A stretch of 64,000 bases of DNA from Strigamia acuminata. Lineage: Eukaryota. The stretch lies in NCBI GenBank assembly GCA_949358305.1, contig OX442314.1, positions 10,850,001 through 10,914,000 of the forward strand, given 5' to 3'. Below, piece after piece: positions 34,325 through 48,522 of this stretch (the first letter of the stretch is position 1; every line of letters begins with the position of its first letter). The notes under the pieces are model-generated. The model saw only the letters and a program-made list of their open reading frames with translations, searched no databases and was not told the origin of the DNA. The position numbers were made by a program, and so were the translations under genes.

Positions 34325-34852
34325 AAAGTTGTCCGTAAAGTATTGCCGAAAAACTAGCAAATGTTTGTTGTAAATCTGTGTCTTTGATGTAATTTGGTGT
34401 AGAAAACTGAATAAATTAAAAATGTGATCGGGTAAAATGTGGTTTATTTTGTTTGCTTAGTCGGTTTGCTTTCATTTTACACTTGGGAGAAATTGGTGCC
34501 ACCAATCGTCGCTATCCTCACAATCGGCCAAAAAGTTCTTTATCACATTTTAAGCATTTAAATTTACTACTTTTGTGCGGAGAGAAATTGTTTTTACAAC
34601 TGTGTTTGCTTCCCTGTATGGTCCAAAACACCTAAAATGCCCTGTTATTTTATTCCCATGCCTTTTATTTCCAATTTTTTGTTAATTTGCTGGAATTAAG
34701 TTATTGGACACACATCACTTTTATTAAATTTTACGTTACATTGGCCACAGTAATTATCCAGTGTGGTAGCGAATTTCAAGAATTATTGCTAAAAAGTCTA
34801 CAACGTTTTGTGTTGGTTGAAGCACAACTTGAAACTACTCAAATACACATTT

Positions 34853-37039
34853 TTACTCCACATAAGTTTCCATAAAATCTGTTATTTCTTCTTGACTATA
34901 ACCGCACGACATCAGCAGCGTATTGATTAGATCTTGGTCAGAACTGTCTTGCATCAAGCAATAAAACGGTAAACACCTCATGCAATAACTGACGTCTTTT
35001 GAATTGACAAAAGAATAATTCACAAATCTTTCCATTACCATCTTATGACGGAACACGTCAGAGTGTGCCGACACACTGTAAGCGAGACAACAGCAAAATT
35101 CCTTGAACACAACCCTTTCATTGTCCGGTAAAGTATTTCTTCGAGTGACACAAATAAGTTCCAAAAAATCGCTATCCAGCTTTCCAGCTTCACACGCATC
35201 GAGAATTTCAGATATTTTGTAAAAACTAATCAGCACCGGTTTTTGAAGGTTTCCAACGCTGTTCCACAGTAATGCATCGATGCACCATGAATTCTCAAAC
35301 CCCCGCCCAAAATAACGCGCCAGTGTAGACAAACTTTCTTTTAAGTAGGACGCAACCGCATCACTCATTCCTTCGGATGCAATTTCGGGTAGCCAGAATC
35401 GAAATATATCGATCATATTCGATTCCAGTGTTGGGCTGGTGAAGTGGTGAATGAGAACCGATTTCTTAAGCCTGCTCATTTCACTCGCATTCGAGAAACA
35501 AAAACTCAAAAATCTATTAAGTTTCGTCCACTTGTTCGCACTAATTTCGTTGTAAAGCACCGATTTCTTACGCCTGCGGAATTCACTCGCTTTCGAGAAA
35601 TAATAACTGAAAAATATTTCTGGGGTTTTCTTTCTCACAATTTGATCGACTAATCGATCAAATTTCGTCCTCTCGTACGCCCTAATTTCGTTGTGAAGCA
35701 ACCTGCGACAGATCTCGTTCGCAAAGTAGGAACAATGCACTTTAAAAGTTGTCATTTCACTCGCAGTCGTGATGTATTTATTTGCAATCGACTCCAGGAA
35801 ATCCCAAGGAAAATCATACGTTTTCTTAAAAAGCAAGTGAGCAACACACCTGCTCAAAATCATTCTTCTCTTTTTGATGTCCGTATCGTTAATCAATAAT
35901 AAATGGAAATGATCAAAATCTTGCATCTCGCAAAGCATGTAGTGCACGAACGAATATTTACGCTCGTAACGACAATTCCTCATTTCCTCGGGAGCATTTC
36001 TCCAAAAACGAATCAAACACTCCTTGACTCTGTCTCCTTTGGACCAAGAACGAACAGACTTGCTCATCACCTCATAGAAGTCGTCAGCCGAGGCCATCAG
36101 GTTTAGAACCCGGCTCGACTTGGGCGTGAACGAGTCCGTGTGCAAAAAATGTATCAGTACGGGCGCGATAGGTCTCAATCCGAATTCCGAAAACAAAATG
36201 GTCCTCATTTGATGCTCGTCCATCTGACCAAGTAGAAAGTTCATGATGCCAATCTCGAATGTGCAGAAACAATCTTCGTCGTGCGTGTCATCGTCGAAGT
36301 GTGAAAGCAAGTCTTCCAATTTACTTTCTTGCCGGATTAGCAGCTGGATGATCGCATTTCTTTCGTACGGTGTCATGAGTGACCAGAAATACTCAACGCC
36401 ACATTGGTTCGCGTGGTCTATGGAGAGGGAAAACATTTTGACTTTCTTGTTGAAAGGGATCTTTGAAGAGTCAGTTTTAATCGTCATCCTTTTCCAATAT
36501 TTGTACATGATAGTTTTTAAGTTTGAGTCCTTTTGTTTGTCGAACATCCTTTTAAAAATGTTGTCATATTCGTTCGAAATATCTTCAACGACGTCTGCGA
36601 TGCAACAGACGACGGCGAGGCAGAATCTGGATTGGAATGTCCATTCTTCTAACTCCGAAAGAACTCTTGCCGTTTTGGTCATGTCGAGTTGTCCATAAAT
36701 TGACCACTTCGTGCAGGTGATAATTGTTTTCGCTAATTTTCCATCGAAAAAGCTTTGGCCAGCAAAAACGTGGGTAAATACGAAATTAAGAACATCTCGC
36801 AACTGGCCGCCAACGTGCTTCACCAAACATTCCAACATTAATTTTAGACCGTTCGGAATATGAAACTCATCCACTAGTTTGGAAACTGCTTCCTCAGCTT
36901 CTGACCATCGCCTTCGACGACAGTCTGCACTGATTTTCTTGCTACTAATTTGAATATTGAAATTATACTTCCATAGTAAAACCGAGATTTCTATTAAGGT
37001 GATGTGTTTTAAACTCGGCAAGTCCAAGATGGACTTCAT
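34853..37039 (-). CDS. Tandem-family protein, copy 5 (type C, 728 aa)
   Basis: Intact ORF; closest to copy 3. Confidence 0.85.
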   Translation of the reverse strand: MKSILDLPSLKHITLIEISVLLWKYNFNIQISSKKISADCRRRRWSEAEEAVSKLVDEFHIPNGLKLMLECLVKHVGGQLRDVLNFVFTHVFAGQSFFDGKLAKTIITCTKWSIYGQLDMTKTARVLSELEEWTFQSRFCLAVVCCIADVVEDISNEYDNIFKRMFDKQKDSNLKTIMYKYWKRMTIKTDSSKIPFNKKVKMFSLSIDHANQCGVEYFWSLMTPYERNAIIQLLIRQESKLEDLLSHFDDDTHDEDCFCTFEIGIMNFLLGQMDEHQMRTILFSEFGLRPIAPVLIHFLHTDSFTPKSSRVLNLMASADDFYEVMSKSVRSWSKGDRVKECLIRFWRNAPEEMRNCRYERKYSFVHYMLCEMQDFDHFHLLLINDTDIKKRRMILSRCVAHLLFKKTYDFPWDFLESIANKYITTASEMTTFKVHCSYFANEICRRLLHNEIRAYERTKFDRLVDQIVRKKTPEIFFSYYFSKASEFRRRKKSVLYNEISANKWTKLNRFLSFCFSNASEMSRLKKSVLIHHFTSPTLESNMIDIFRFWLPEIASEGMSDAVASYLKESLSTLARYFGRGFENSWCIDALLWNSVGNLQKPVLISFYKISEILDACEAGKLDSDFLELICVTRRNTLPDNERVVFKEFCCCLAYSVSAHSDVFRHKMVMERFVNYSFVNSKDVSYCMRCLPFYCLMQDSSDQDLINTLLMSCGYSQEEITDFMETYVE

Positions 37040-38729
37040 GGTTTGAAATGTAAAAAAGAATGTGTTGTTGAATTGTAAAAATAATAATATTCATTATTAC
37101 TTTACAATAATAGTCTTGCCTGCTTTAAACGTCACAATTGCAAATTTAACATAACTCACTATCGCGCATATTCTTGCCACTCTATATAGCTAGGCGTGAG
37201 TGGTGCATCTGAACACTGCTTTTCCGTATATTTGTAATTGATAATAATAATTGAGCCTTTTGTCGTCATTTTTTGTATCAACTGATTAAAATCACCAACG
37301 ACAACAGATGTAGAGAATTTAAAGTCTGTTTTTAATGCTCCTGGTGCTAACGCAAAAAATGAATAGAGAGCCACCAAAAACGATATTTCTGCACTAGTTT
37401 ATGGGGGAAAAAAAGACTCAATATTACTTCTTATGCTATGACATGCAATCTCGGCATGACATGCCAACTCTACGTGAAAAAATAAATAAAATCAAAATCT
37501 TTTTATATTTTTAAATAGTTAAAAATCCAGATTTTTAAAACTTTAAAATACGATATGCATTTTATTCATTTTTTCATGTAGTTGTAGAGGAATTTTTTTT
37601 TATTTTTCCAAATTCATTTGCAAATTTGCGGATGATCCGTTTTAAAGACAAAAAATGAGTAAAGTCTTCGTTTTATGTATAAAAAGGCAAATAATCAATT
37701 GTGTTATATGTTCTAGCGCCCTGTTTGATCCGCTGCACGCCTAACCTTGTCAGTAAGTGAAAATATTCTCGGCTGTTTGTAAATATCTAACCTTAACTGT
37801 TTCATCTAGATACTAAAACTTTAAGAAGTTAATTATTAGTTTCTGTGTGTGTGTGTGTCACATTTTGGCAATTAGATTGGCTTTTTCCAATCACTTGCTT
37901 GCGAAAACCAATCGAAACCTCTGGAAACCCCCTTATGCTGCAAGGGAAGCTTGACTGCCACGTACGAACAATATATCAGCTGGTATATTCTCTGCTTGAT
38001 GTGTGTGGACCAACATGGCTGAACTTATTTGCATAAGCGGACTTATTGAGTGTTTATCTAACCATTGCCAACAGAAGATGTATTTGGTCATTTTCTCGCA
38101 CTGATTTTGAATTATGAAGTTATATTTCCATAAAAAAAACTGAAGTTTTGAATAGTGAAATGTGTGTTCGACTTGGCAAGTCTAAAATGGTGCTCATGTT
38201 CTGGAATTCAAACAGAATTTGTTTTTAGTTATCAACAGATACATTCATTATTACCTCTCAATAATAATCTTGACTAGCGCATACTTTTAGCGCCCCTGTT
38301 GTACATTTAAAGTCAATTTAACTCACCTTGGGTTCAACGACTTGTGTTGTGTCCTCATCGACTAGGGTAGTACGTAAGATCGCGCAAATTCGTACAACTG
38401 CAGCCAGGCCAGGCGTGAGCAATGCACTGTCTAATACTTCATTCCATTCCACTTTTGTACTTGTACAGTACTTGCATGTACAGTAGTACATGACGATGAT
38501 AACTTATAACCACATTCTTTGTTAATTTGCTGGAATTAAGAACAATGGGACATGCTTCATTCATTAAATTATATGTTTATTATCCACACATTAGTGAATG
38601 TGTTTCACTTCAATTTAAAAAATTATAATAAAAATTCCACAAACTTTCGGCTTCAGAAACGAGAAGCAAACCGGTAAATTTAGTTGAAGCTTAGTTGAAA
38701 CACAGTTTGAACCTACACAAACATATATT

Positions 38730-39084
38730 TTAATCCAGACGAGTATCCATTATATCCGTCATCTCTTCCCGACTATAACCGCTCGACGTCAACATCGTCT
38801 GGAGCAGATCTGGCACAACACAGTCCAGCATCAAACAACAGAACGGGAAGCACCTGATGCAATAACTCACAACATGAGAACTTGTAAAAGAAAAATTCAT
38901 AAACTTTTCCATTATCGACTTATCACGGCACGTGAAATAGTCGGCAAACACTCTGTGAGCGAGCAAAATTCATTAAACACGACCATTTCATTGTCGAGTG
39001 AAATATTCCTTCGAGTTATATGTTCCAAAAAATCTCTATCCAGCTTGCCAGCTTCGCTATTGCTAGTATCGATAATTTCAGACA
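38730..39084 (-). pseudogene. 3' fragment of type D paralog (duplicate of 15197..15551)
   Basis: Identical ORF translation at offset 23533. Confidence 0.75.
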
Positions 39085-39430
39085 ATTTGATCCTGCAGTG
39101 ATATTTGACGGCTCGGTGAACTTTCCAGTGAGGAGATCATGTGATAAACATTTCAAATCTCACACTTTGGGAGGATTTTATCAGAATTGTGTTGTTGACG
39201 AGAGACTTATGCGCCGATTACAAATTCCCAAACATTCTAACCGGCAATGCCACTTGCCCCGTAGGACACGACGACGTTATGATATTTAAGAAAACTGTCA
39301 ACTACACGTGTCCAAGCACTTTCGAGAACGCGCAACCAATGCCTGGCCGTCATCGAGACGCATTGGTGCAGCACGACCGAAGTCGTAACCAACGTGGCTT
39401 ACCGTTTCAGCGGAATGTACAGCACGTACG
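39085..39430 (+). pseudogene. MPEG1-like remnant, 5' part (duplicate)
   Basis: Duplicate of 15552..15897. Confidence 0.75.
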
Positions 39431-42400
39431 TGTGGAAACTGAAGTTCCTGAAGAAGCCACCGTTTAGGGGGGAATTGGAGGTGGCGCCATGTTTGGCCAC
39501 CAGAGGGTCACTTCGATGACCCACTCTGTATTGGGGTATTTGATTATTAATTTAAGGGTAGGGAATAACATTACTTGTTTCCTGCTTTGTATAAAATAAA
39601 CCACTGTTCAAATGTAAATTCGTGTATACGCATGCTTCATTTTGTCATCCACCAAAATCAGCCCAATTTAGGAAACATCGAAGAATCTAAGTAACTTTTA
39701 TTTGTTCAACATAACTATTCGAGTTGCATCTGCAACATTGGTGCCGAAAACCCAAGACCTTTTAAAAGAAAAAACCAAGGAAAATCGATCGCAATGGCAG
39801 ATTTGGAGAAAAACCGAAGACAAAGAGAAGCCGCGAGGACTAACGTTCGAAACATATTCAGCACATTGAAAAATGAATTGAAACAAGATCCGGTAAATGA
39901 AGTAAAGCTTTTGTGCATACAAGCACAGTTACTTTTAAAGGGACCAAAGATCGAAAAACTGGACGTTCTGGTGGCCGACGAAATTACCGACATTGACGAG
40001 GTCACGGACGATACGATTGGAGCCGAGGAGTTCCAAGACGAATTGGTAGCAGCAAAAATCACGCTGGAAATGGCGTTGAAGGAAATCGCCCAACTGAAAA
40101 CGCAAGTACTGAATCCAAACTTACCACTTATTAATCTCGTTATCGTTAATACGCCGATCGGAGGCCAGCAATGCACAAGCATGAAATTACCGAAGCTGGA
40201 GATTGCCAAATTTAAGGGAACACCCGAAACGTGGACTCAGTTCTGGGGGGACTTCCAGTTGAGCGTGCATAATAACACTTCGCTTCCCAAAACGGCAAAG
40301 TTCGTGTATTTACGTTCGTTGGTGGAAGGACTGGCCGCCAATGCAATAAGTGGACTCACGGTAACGGATGAGAATTACGACAGCGCGGTCGTTTTGTTGG
40401 CAAGTAGATTTGGTAAACCGGACTTGATTATAAATGCACACATGCAAAAATTCCTTGAGGTGAAGCCCGTGAAAAATGCAGATGATGTTGTTGCACTTCG
40501 AGAACTTTATGATTATTGCGACCTTCACATAACAAGTTTAGGGAATTTGGGAGTGGATGCATCAACGTTTGGGGCACTTTTGGGCCCAATCTTAACTCGT
40601 GCGACGCCCAATTCGATGCAACACGACTTTTCCAGATCTAGAGGCGATTTACCATGGACAATGACAGATTTTCTGAAGTTTTTTTGATTCGAAATTGAGA
40701 TGCGCGAGAGGACAAAGGCGATGAGTGAGAAAAACAACTTGATCGAGAAGAAAGAAGCAACTACGAAAAAACAAGAGGAGGTAACTAAGAAAATGAATAC
40801 GAAAATTAATCCACTTGGTTCCGCCGCAGCGTTGGCAGCAATTACGTACAAATGCACGTTCTGCCAAAAAGAAGAGCATACGAGTCCAGACTGTCCACTG
40901 ACTCTGGCCGAATGGAAAGCTGCGTGCATGAAGTCCCGAAGGTGTTATCGTTGTCTCAAGGAGGGACACATCGCGTACAAGTGCAAAACCCGATTTCGAT
41001 GCAAGAAATGTGACAAAAATCACCACACTTACCTGTGTGACGCCGAAGAAAAGAAACCAACTGAGACGCTGACCTCATCCGCCGTTTTGGAACAAGAACA
41101 GCCGGTATCCGTATTATTTTTACAAGTACTAGTTGTAGATGCGTGCGGACAATCGAGAAAACGTAAAGTTCAGTGTTTTTTGGATGGCGGATCGCAAAAG
41201 ACATTTATTACGGAGAAATTGTCTCGAGAACTTAACTTGGAACGAGTTGGTGAACAAGATATTGCATTGTTAACTTTTGGAGCAACCGAACCAACAATTG
41301 CGAAGAGGAATCGAGTGAAATTGTTAATAAATAATTGCGATAACATTGCCTTTAATTTAGAAGTCAAAGCACTAGAAACTCCGTGGATCACGCCAGCGTT
41401 GAAGGGACAGACTGACCAGAGAATACTGAGCGAACTGAAGAAACATAACATCAAATTAGCAAGCAACGGAAATGTTCAAATGGACGATGGAGTTTCAATT
41501 TTGATCGGGGTGGACAATTTTTGGAAAGTAACCACCGAAAAACAACACCGACTTGGAGAAAATTTAATGGCAATTGAAACGATTTTCGGCTGGACGTTGC
41601 ACGGCTCATCTGGGGAGAATAAAGAAACAGTTTCGGCGCTCGTACGGGTAAATATAATCCTTGCAATATACAATACTAATGACCTTTTGGAGAAATTTTA
41701 GAGTTTGGAGGCAATCGGGATTAAACACGAGACCGTGGATCGGAACGAGGACGAGGAACAAACGTTAAGGCGATTCAAAGAAAGCATCGAGTGGGTAAAA
41801 GACCACTACGAGGTCGAACTGCCGTGGAAATTGAACGCAAAAGAACTGGACGACAACCGACAACCAGCACTGAAAAGATTTTAGAGTTTGATCAACCGAT
41901 TTAGAAAAAATCCAAAGCTGTATTTGCAATACAAAGAAGTGATCACGGAGCAACTTAGAACTGGAATCGTCGAGGAAGTACCACAAGAAAACGAAGAAAA
42001 TAATTCAATTTATTATATTCCACACAGACCCGTGATCGACGAGACAAGAGCAACGACCAAACTCAGAATTGTGTACGACGCATCATCACACGCGAAAGGA
42101 TGCTTCTCGTTGAACGACTGTTTATACAAGGGACCGAACTTATTGCCAAAATTACTAAACGTGATTCTCAAATTTAGAACAGGAATCATCGCAGCCATCG
42201 CGGATATTGAAAAAGCCTTCCATCGCATCCATCTGAAGAAAAAGGAACGCGACGTCATGAGATTTCTTTGGCTCGAGGAAAACTGGAATGGAGCTGAACC
42301 GGCGAAAATAAGAAAACTCAGACAAACCCGAGTACCGTTCGGCACATCTCCCAGCCCTTTTCTCCTCTCGGCCACCATCGATCATCATGTTGAGGACTTT

Positions 42401-45313
42401 AAGGAAGAATATCCAGAAACGTGCAAGCGATTGGAGGACGATCGGTATGTAGACGACCTCGTTTCAAGTATAAACAAGTTAAAAACCGCTATAAAACTGT
42501 ACCGTGAAAGTTGTGAAATTCTGAGAAAAGCGGATATGAGACTAACTAAGTGGAAGACTAATTGTGAACAACTGAGAAAAATAATTGTAACTGATGACCC
42601 GACTTGTGAAGAATCTCTCTCTCAACAAGAGACTAAAGTTTTGGGGGTGGGGTGGAACACAAGAACAGATGAATTAAGTTTAGATATTACCGAATTAATT
42701 AATGGGGTTGAATTAACGAAATACACAAAACGATCAATTATTCGAACGACAGCTATGATTTTCGACCCATTGGGATTTGCTCATCCCTTTGTGGTCACGG
42801 CTAAGATTTTATTCCAAGAATTATGGAAACTTGGGGTTGGATGGGACGAGAAAATCCCAGAATATGTGAAAAAAACTTGAGAAGAATGGTGTGCTCAAAT
42901 ACCATATCTAAATGATTTAAAAATTCCACGATATTTATTAAACTGGGGAGGAATTAATGTAAAAAGGGAAATTCACATCTTCTGCGACGCCAGTCCTCGG
43001 GCATACGGCGTGGTAGCTTATGCTCGAGTCCTGGACTCGAATACAAGTGCAATTAACATTTCCTTTATCGTTTCTAAATGTAGAGTAGCACCGCTTAAGG
43101 AACTAACCCTTCCTAAGTTAGAACTGATGAGAGCATTGCTGGCAGCCCGACTTATGCCGACGCTGCAGTCGACAATCGGATGCAACAGTGTGACAATTTG
43201 GACTGACTCGAAAATAGTGCTACATTGGTTGCGAGAAACGAAGAATCGTCCAGTCACATTTGTCTTCAATCGCGTAAAAGAGATTGGGGAAACAGTAAAC
43301 ACCAGCTGTTGGCGCCACTGCCCGGGCAAGGAGAATCCGGCAGACCTACTAACACGGGGCGTAACGGTACAAGAACTAACCAACAGTGAATTTTGGTAGA
43401 AAGGACCAGAGTGGTTGAGTAAGGACGAATCCGAGTGGCCAGTTGAGAGCGATATTGCAGTGGAAATAGACAAAAACGAAGAAATAATTGTGAATACTGT
43501 AAACGAGAAAGTCCAAGTGATTGACTACACGAGATTTAGTCGGTAGACGAGACTGAAAAGAGCAACAGCATGGGTATTGCGATTTATTGCAAACTTAAAA
43601 ACTAATGATAAATTTAAAGGCGAGCTGACTGGAAACAAGATAACTAAAGGCGAGCAGTACTGGATTTGACATCTACAAGAATTGTATTTTGCCAAAGAAC
43701 TAAAACACCTACGTGAGGGGAAAATGATTGAAAAATCATCGGTACTTATACAAATGGCGCCAATCCTGGACGAAGACGGACTAATGCGAGCTACACATCG
43801 ATGGACACTGGCGGACGTCGAACGAGATATGCGTGAGCCCTACATATTACCAGGTGATAACAACATTACGAGATTAATTATTAAGAACGAACATGAGCGT
43901 GCCATGCATGGGGGGCTTGCCGACACACTGTGTAATTTTCGAGAGAGGTTTTGGATGACGCGAGCCAGAAAAACGATAAAGGCGGTACTGTGTCGATGCG
44001 TGCGTTGCCGGAAAATACAAGGACGTCTGGCCAAGGAGCGATGGGGACTACTGCCACTCGACCGAGTAACACCAAGTGCGCCATTCGAAACGTGTGGTGT
44101 AGATTTTGCGGGCCCACTTTACTCCGACTGCGGTGAGAAACTTTATATTGCTTTGTTTACCTGCGCGGTCACGAGGGCCGTGCATCTCGAATTGTTGTCA
44201 AGTTTATCTGCCGATCGTTTTGTGGATGCTCTCAAAAGATTTATTGGGAGATGTGGAATCCCTGCTACGATTTATTCGGATAATTCAAAAACTTTCAAGA
44301 GGGCGGATAAGGAATTGCGAGTGTTTTTTGAGAATGTATTGCCAGAACAGCTTCAACGATTTTTAGGCCCAAGAAAAATAGTTTGGAAATTTATTGTAGA
44401 GATTGCGCCGTGGTGGGGTGGCTTTTGGGAGCGCATGGTGCGTTCCGTTAAGGCGGCATTAAAAAAGACAATCGGACGCACTTCATTAAACTACGAGGGA
44501 CTGACAACTGTACTGATCGAGGTGGAAGCAGTAATTAATTTGAGGCCGCTCACTTACGTCTACGACGACCCCACAGAACAACCACCCTTGACGCCAGCCC
44601 ATTTTCTCGTGGGAAAACGCCTAATCACTTTACCTAATGTCCCTAGCACTGTAGATCGGCCGGAGACACAAACCCAGATTTTGCGAATTTGGAAACAACG
44701 CCAGACGATTATTGCCCATTTTTGGAAGAGGTGGACACATGAGTACCTCGTCGAGTTACGACAGCAAAGAGGAAATTCGAGCAACGCAAAGTTCCGAGTC
44801 GGCGACCTGGCTTTAATCGAGAACCAGAACCAGCCAAGACTCACTTGGAAAATCGGAAGAATAACCGACGTGAAAGTCGGTCGCGACGGGCTAATTAGAT
44901 TTTGTGAATTGCAGCTTCCCAACCGAACAAGACTTCGCCGACCGATTCAACGACTATGTCCCCTCGAGATCGAAAACGAGTTGGAACGTCCCCGGGAGGG
45001 GGGGACTGTGGAAACTGAAGTTCCTGAAGAAGCCACCGTTTAGGGGGGAATTGGAGGTGGCGCCATGTTTGGCCACCAGAGGGTCACTTCGGTGACCCAC
45101 TCTGTATTGGGGTATTTGATTATTAATTGAATGGTAGGGAATAACATTACTTGTTTCCCGCTTTGTATAAAATAAACCACTGTTCAAATGTAAATCCGTG
45201 TATACGCATGCTTCATTTTGTCATCCACCAAAATCAGCCCAATTTAGGAAACATCGAAAAATCTAAGTAACTTTTATTTGTTCAACATAACTATTCGAGT
45301 TGCATCTGCAACA
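39431..45313 (+). mobile_element. BEL/Pao LTR retrotransposon, copy 2 (copied by segmental duplication)
   Basis: LTRs at 39431..39737 and 45007..45313; same TSD GTACG and same flanks as copy 1; one extra stop (TGG>TAG at 41882). Confidence 0.97.
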
Positions 45314-45318
45314 GTACG

Positions 45319-45601
45319 TGACCAATTTCCTTACCGGAAGCCGCAATTGTCCGCCCTACTTTCACCCGCTGCCCATCTCGGGCATCCAGATTTGCACGAG
45401 TTACCAGTACACCGATATCCATTTGGGAGGGTTTATAGTTATTTGTACGAGTGAAAATCTTGTGCATTTACCCGCGTGTCCTATTGGGTATACTCGTTAT
45501 TTTGCCTCGTTTTACGAAAATTGTGAGATTTTCTATTGCGCGCATTACGGCGCAAAGGCCAATAAGATAGAGTTGCAATTGCTCAAGCCGCCAACTTTTA
45601 T
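45319..45601 (+). pseudogene. MPEG1-like remnant, 3' part (duplicate)
   Basis: Duplicate of 21786..22068. Confidence 0.75.
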
Positions 45602-46352
45602 GGGCCATGTATTAAAAAATAAAAAAAAAAAGGTCGCTAAAAAAAAAAAAAGAAGAAAGATCGCGAAAAAATTTTGAGAAAGGGGCCCCGAAAAAACCTC
45701 AAGCCCCGGGCCCCCGGAAAGCTAGATCCGCCCCTGGCGCCAACTATGTCTTTTGACCATGAATAAACACTTATGCTAATTCTACACTGCCGACTGGTCA
45801 CTTCCAAACTACATCCAGCTACAAATCCTTGCAATCCAATACAAATCCAAGCACGAAACACATTTCAAATATTACAAGTTAGTCAAAGACAGACTATTTT
45901 CACAGATTTCGGAAAAAATGATCTTGGAAATCGGTGGAAATAGACCGATTTCGGTGGAAATGATCGCCAAGTTCTACTAAAATAATTGTTCATTATTCCA
46001 GTAGAAAATATATTCTTCGTTTTTTTAGTTTAATGAAAAAAAATATCTGATTTGGTTTATTAAGTGATTAATTTAAAACAAAATGAAAAACATTTGAAAT
46101 TTAAAATTAACAAAATACGAACACAGTATTTTTTTTTTTATTATTAAATTTGTGTATGGAATATAAATAAAATAAAATAAAATACAATAAAATATATTAA
46201 CTGATTCCTTTTTTATATTTCCATCGGTGGAAATAGCATTTCCGTTAAATTTTCAGTTACATTGGCCACAATAATAATCCAGGGTGCAAGCGAATTTCAA
46301 GAAATAATGCTAAAAAGTTGAAGCACAACTTAAACTACACAAATACACATTT

Positions 46353-48410
46353 TTACTCCCGATAAATTTCTATTAAATCTTTTTTTTCTTCTTGACTATA
46401 ACCGCTCCCAACTAGCGTAAGACCGCTTTGTATCAAGCAATAAAAAGATATGCACCTAAAGCAAAACCTGATGTCTTGTGAATCGACAACAGAATATTCC
46501 ACAAATCTTTCCATTACAAACTCATGAGTGCACACGTCTGAATCTGCGCACAAACTGTAAGCGAGACAAAAGCAAAATTCCTTGAACACAACCTTTTCAT
46601 TTTCCAGTAAAGAATTTCTTTGAGTGACACAAATAAGTTCCAAAAAATGGCTGTCCAGCTTTCCAGCTTCACAAGTATCGATAATTTCAGATATTTTGTA
46701 AAAACTAATCAGCACGGGATCTTGAAGGTCTCTAGCTCCTTTCAACTGTTTTTTAATAAAGTCAAATACAATTTTGTTGGTCTTAAAATTCTCAAACCCC
46801 CGCCCAAAAAAACTCGCCAGTCTACACAAACTTTCTTCTAATTCGGATGCAACCGCCTCACTCATTCCTTCGGATGCAATTTCGGGAAGCCAGTTTCGAA
46901 ATGTAGCGATGTTTTTGCATTCCACTGTTTCGCTGGTGAAGTGCTGAATGAGAACCGCTTTCTTGAGCCTGCTCATTTCACTCGCATTCGAGAAAGAAAA
47001 ACTCAAAAATCGATTAATTTTCGTCCACTTGTTCATACTAAGTTCGTTGTGATTGCGAAGCAACCTGCGACAGATCTCATTCGCTAAGTAGGAACAATGC
47101 TCTTTAAAAATTGTCATTTCACTCTCTGTCGTGATGTATTTATTTGCAATCGACTCCAAAAAATCCCAATGGAAATCATACGCTTTCTTAAAAAGTAAGT
47201 GAGCAACACATCTGTCCAAAATAATTCTTCTCTTTTTGATGCTCGTATCGTTAAGCAATAATAAATGGAAATTATCATAATCTTGCATCTCGCAAAGCAT
47301 GTAGTGCACGAACGAATAATGAAGCTCGTAACGACAATTCCTCATTTCCTCGGGAGCATTTCTCCAAAAACGAGTCAAACACACCTTGACTCTGTCTCGT
47401 TTGGACCAAAACGGTTGAACAGGCATTATCATCGCGATGTAGAAGGCATCACGTGACGCGAACAGGTTTAAAACGCGGCTCGACTTGGGCGTGAACGAGT
47501 GCGTGTGCAAAAAAGGTATCAGTACGGGCGCGACAGGTTTCAATCCGAATCCCGAAGACAAAATGGTCCACAATTGAGGCTCGTCCATCTCACCAAGCAG
47601 AAAGTTCATGATGCCCGTCTCGAACGTGCAGTAACAATCTTCGTCGTGTGGGTCATCGTAGAAGTGTGAAATCAAGTCTTCCAATTTACTTCTTCGCTGG
47701 GTTAGCAACTTGACGATCGCATTTCTTTCGTACGATGTCATGAGTGACCAGAAATACTCAACGCCACATTGATTCGCGTGGTCTATGGACAGGGAAAACA
47801 TTTTGACTTTCTTGTTGAAAGGAATCTTCGAAGAGTCAGTTTTAATCGTCATCTTTTTCCAATATTTGTACATAATAGTTATTAAGTTTGAGTCCTTTTG
47901 TCTGTCGAACATCCTTTTCAAAATGTTGCCGTATTCGTTCGAAATATCTTCCACGACATCTGCGATGCAACAGACGACGGCGAGGCAGAATCTGGATTCG
48001 AACGTCCATTCTTCTAACTCTGAGAGAACCCTTGCTGTTTTGGTCATGTCTAGTTGTCCATATATTGACCATTTCGTGCATTGGATAATGCTTTTCGCTG
48101 ATTGTAAATCGAGAATGCTTTGGCCAGTAAAAACTTGGGAATTTAAGAATTTAAGCAAATCCCTCAATTGGCACCCGACGTGCTTCACCAAAGACCTCAA
48201 CATCAATTTTAACTCGTTCGGAATATGAAGCTCATCCACTAGGTTAGAAACTGCTTCCTCACCTTTTGACCATCGCCTTCGACGACTGTCTGCATTGATT
48301 TTCTTATTATTAATTTGAATACCGGTATTAAAATTATATTTCCATAGTAAAACCGAAGTTTCTACTAAGGTGATATGTTTTAGACTCGGCAAGTCCAAAA
48401 TGGACTTCAT
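46353..48410 (-). CDS. Tandem-family protein, copy 6 (type E, ~685 aa from MKSILD)
   Basis: Intact ORF 46353..48464; empty-site counterpart of the Copia-disrupted copy. Confidence 0.87.
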   Translation of the reverse strand: MKSILDLPSLKHITLVETSVLLWKYNFNTGIQINNKKINADSRRRRWSKGEEAVSNLVDELHIPNELKLMLRSLVKHVGCQLRDLLKFLNSQVFTGQSILDLQSAKSIIQCTKWSIYGQLDMTKTARVLSELEEWTFESRFCLAVVCCIADVVEDISNEYGNILKRMFDRQKDSNLITIMYKYWKKMTIKTDSSKIPFNKKVKMFSLSIDHANQCGVEYFWSLMTSYERNAIVKLLTQRRSKLEDLISHFYDDPHDEDCYCTFETGIMNFLLGEMDEPQLWTILSSGFGLKPVAPVLIPFLHTHSFTPKSSRVLNLFASRDAFYIAMIMPVQPFWSKRDRVKVCLTRFWRNAPEEMRNCRYELHYSFVHYMLCEMQDYDNFHLLLLNDTSIKKRRIILDRCVAHLLFKKAYDFHWDFLESIANKYITTESEMTIFKEHCSYLANEICRRLLRNHNELSMNKWTKINRFLSFSFSNASEMSRLKKAVLIQHFTSETVECKNIATFRNWLPEIASEGMSEAVASELEESLCRLASFFGRGFENFKTNKIVFDFIKKQLKGARDLQDPVLISFYKISEIIDTCEAGKLDSHFLELICVTQRNSLLENEKVVFKEFCFCLAYSLCADSDVCTHEFVMERFVEYSVVDSQDIRFCFRCISFYCLIQSGLTLVGSGYSQEEKKDLIEIYRE

Positions 48411-48522
48411 GATATGGAATTCAAAAAAAATGTGTTGTTGAATTGTAAAAATAAAAATATTCATTATTACTTTACAATAATAGTTTTGCCTGCTTTAAAC
48501 GTCACAATTGTAAATTATACCA

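Noticed and set aside
39431..45313. Independent second BEL/Pao insertion
   Set aside because: Same TSD, flanks, LTR mismatches and stops as copy 1, so it was copied by segmental duplication.
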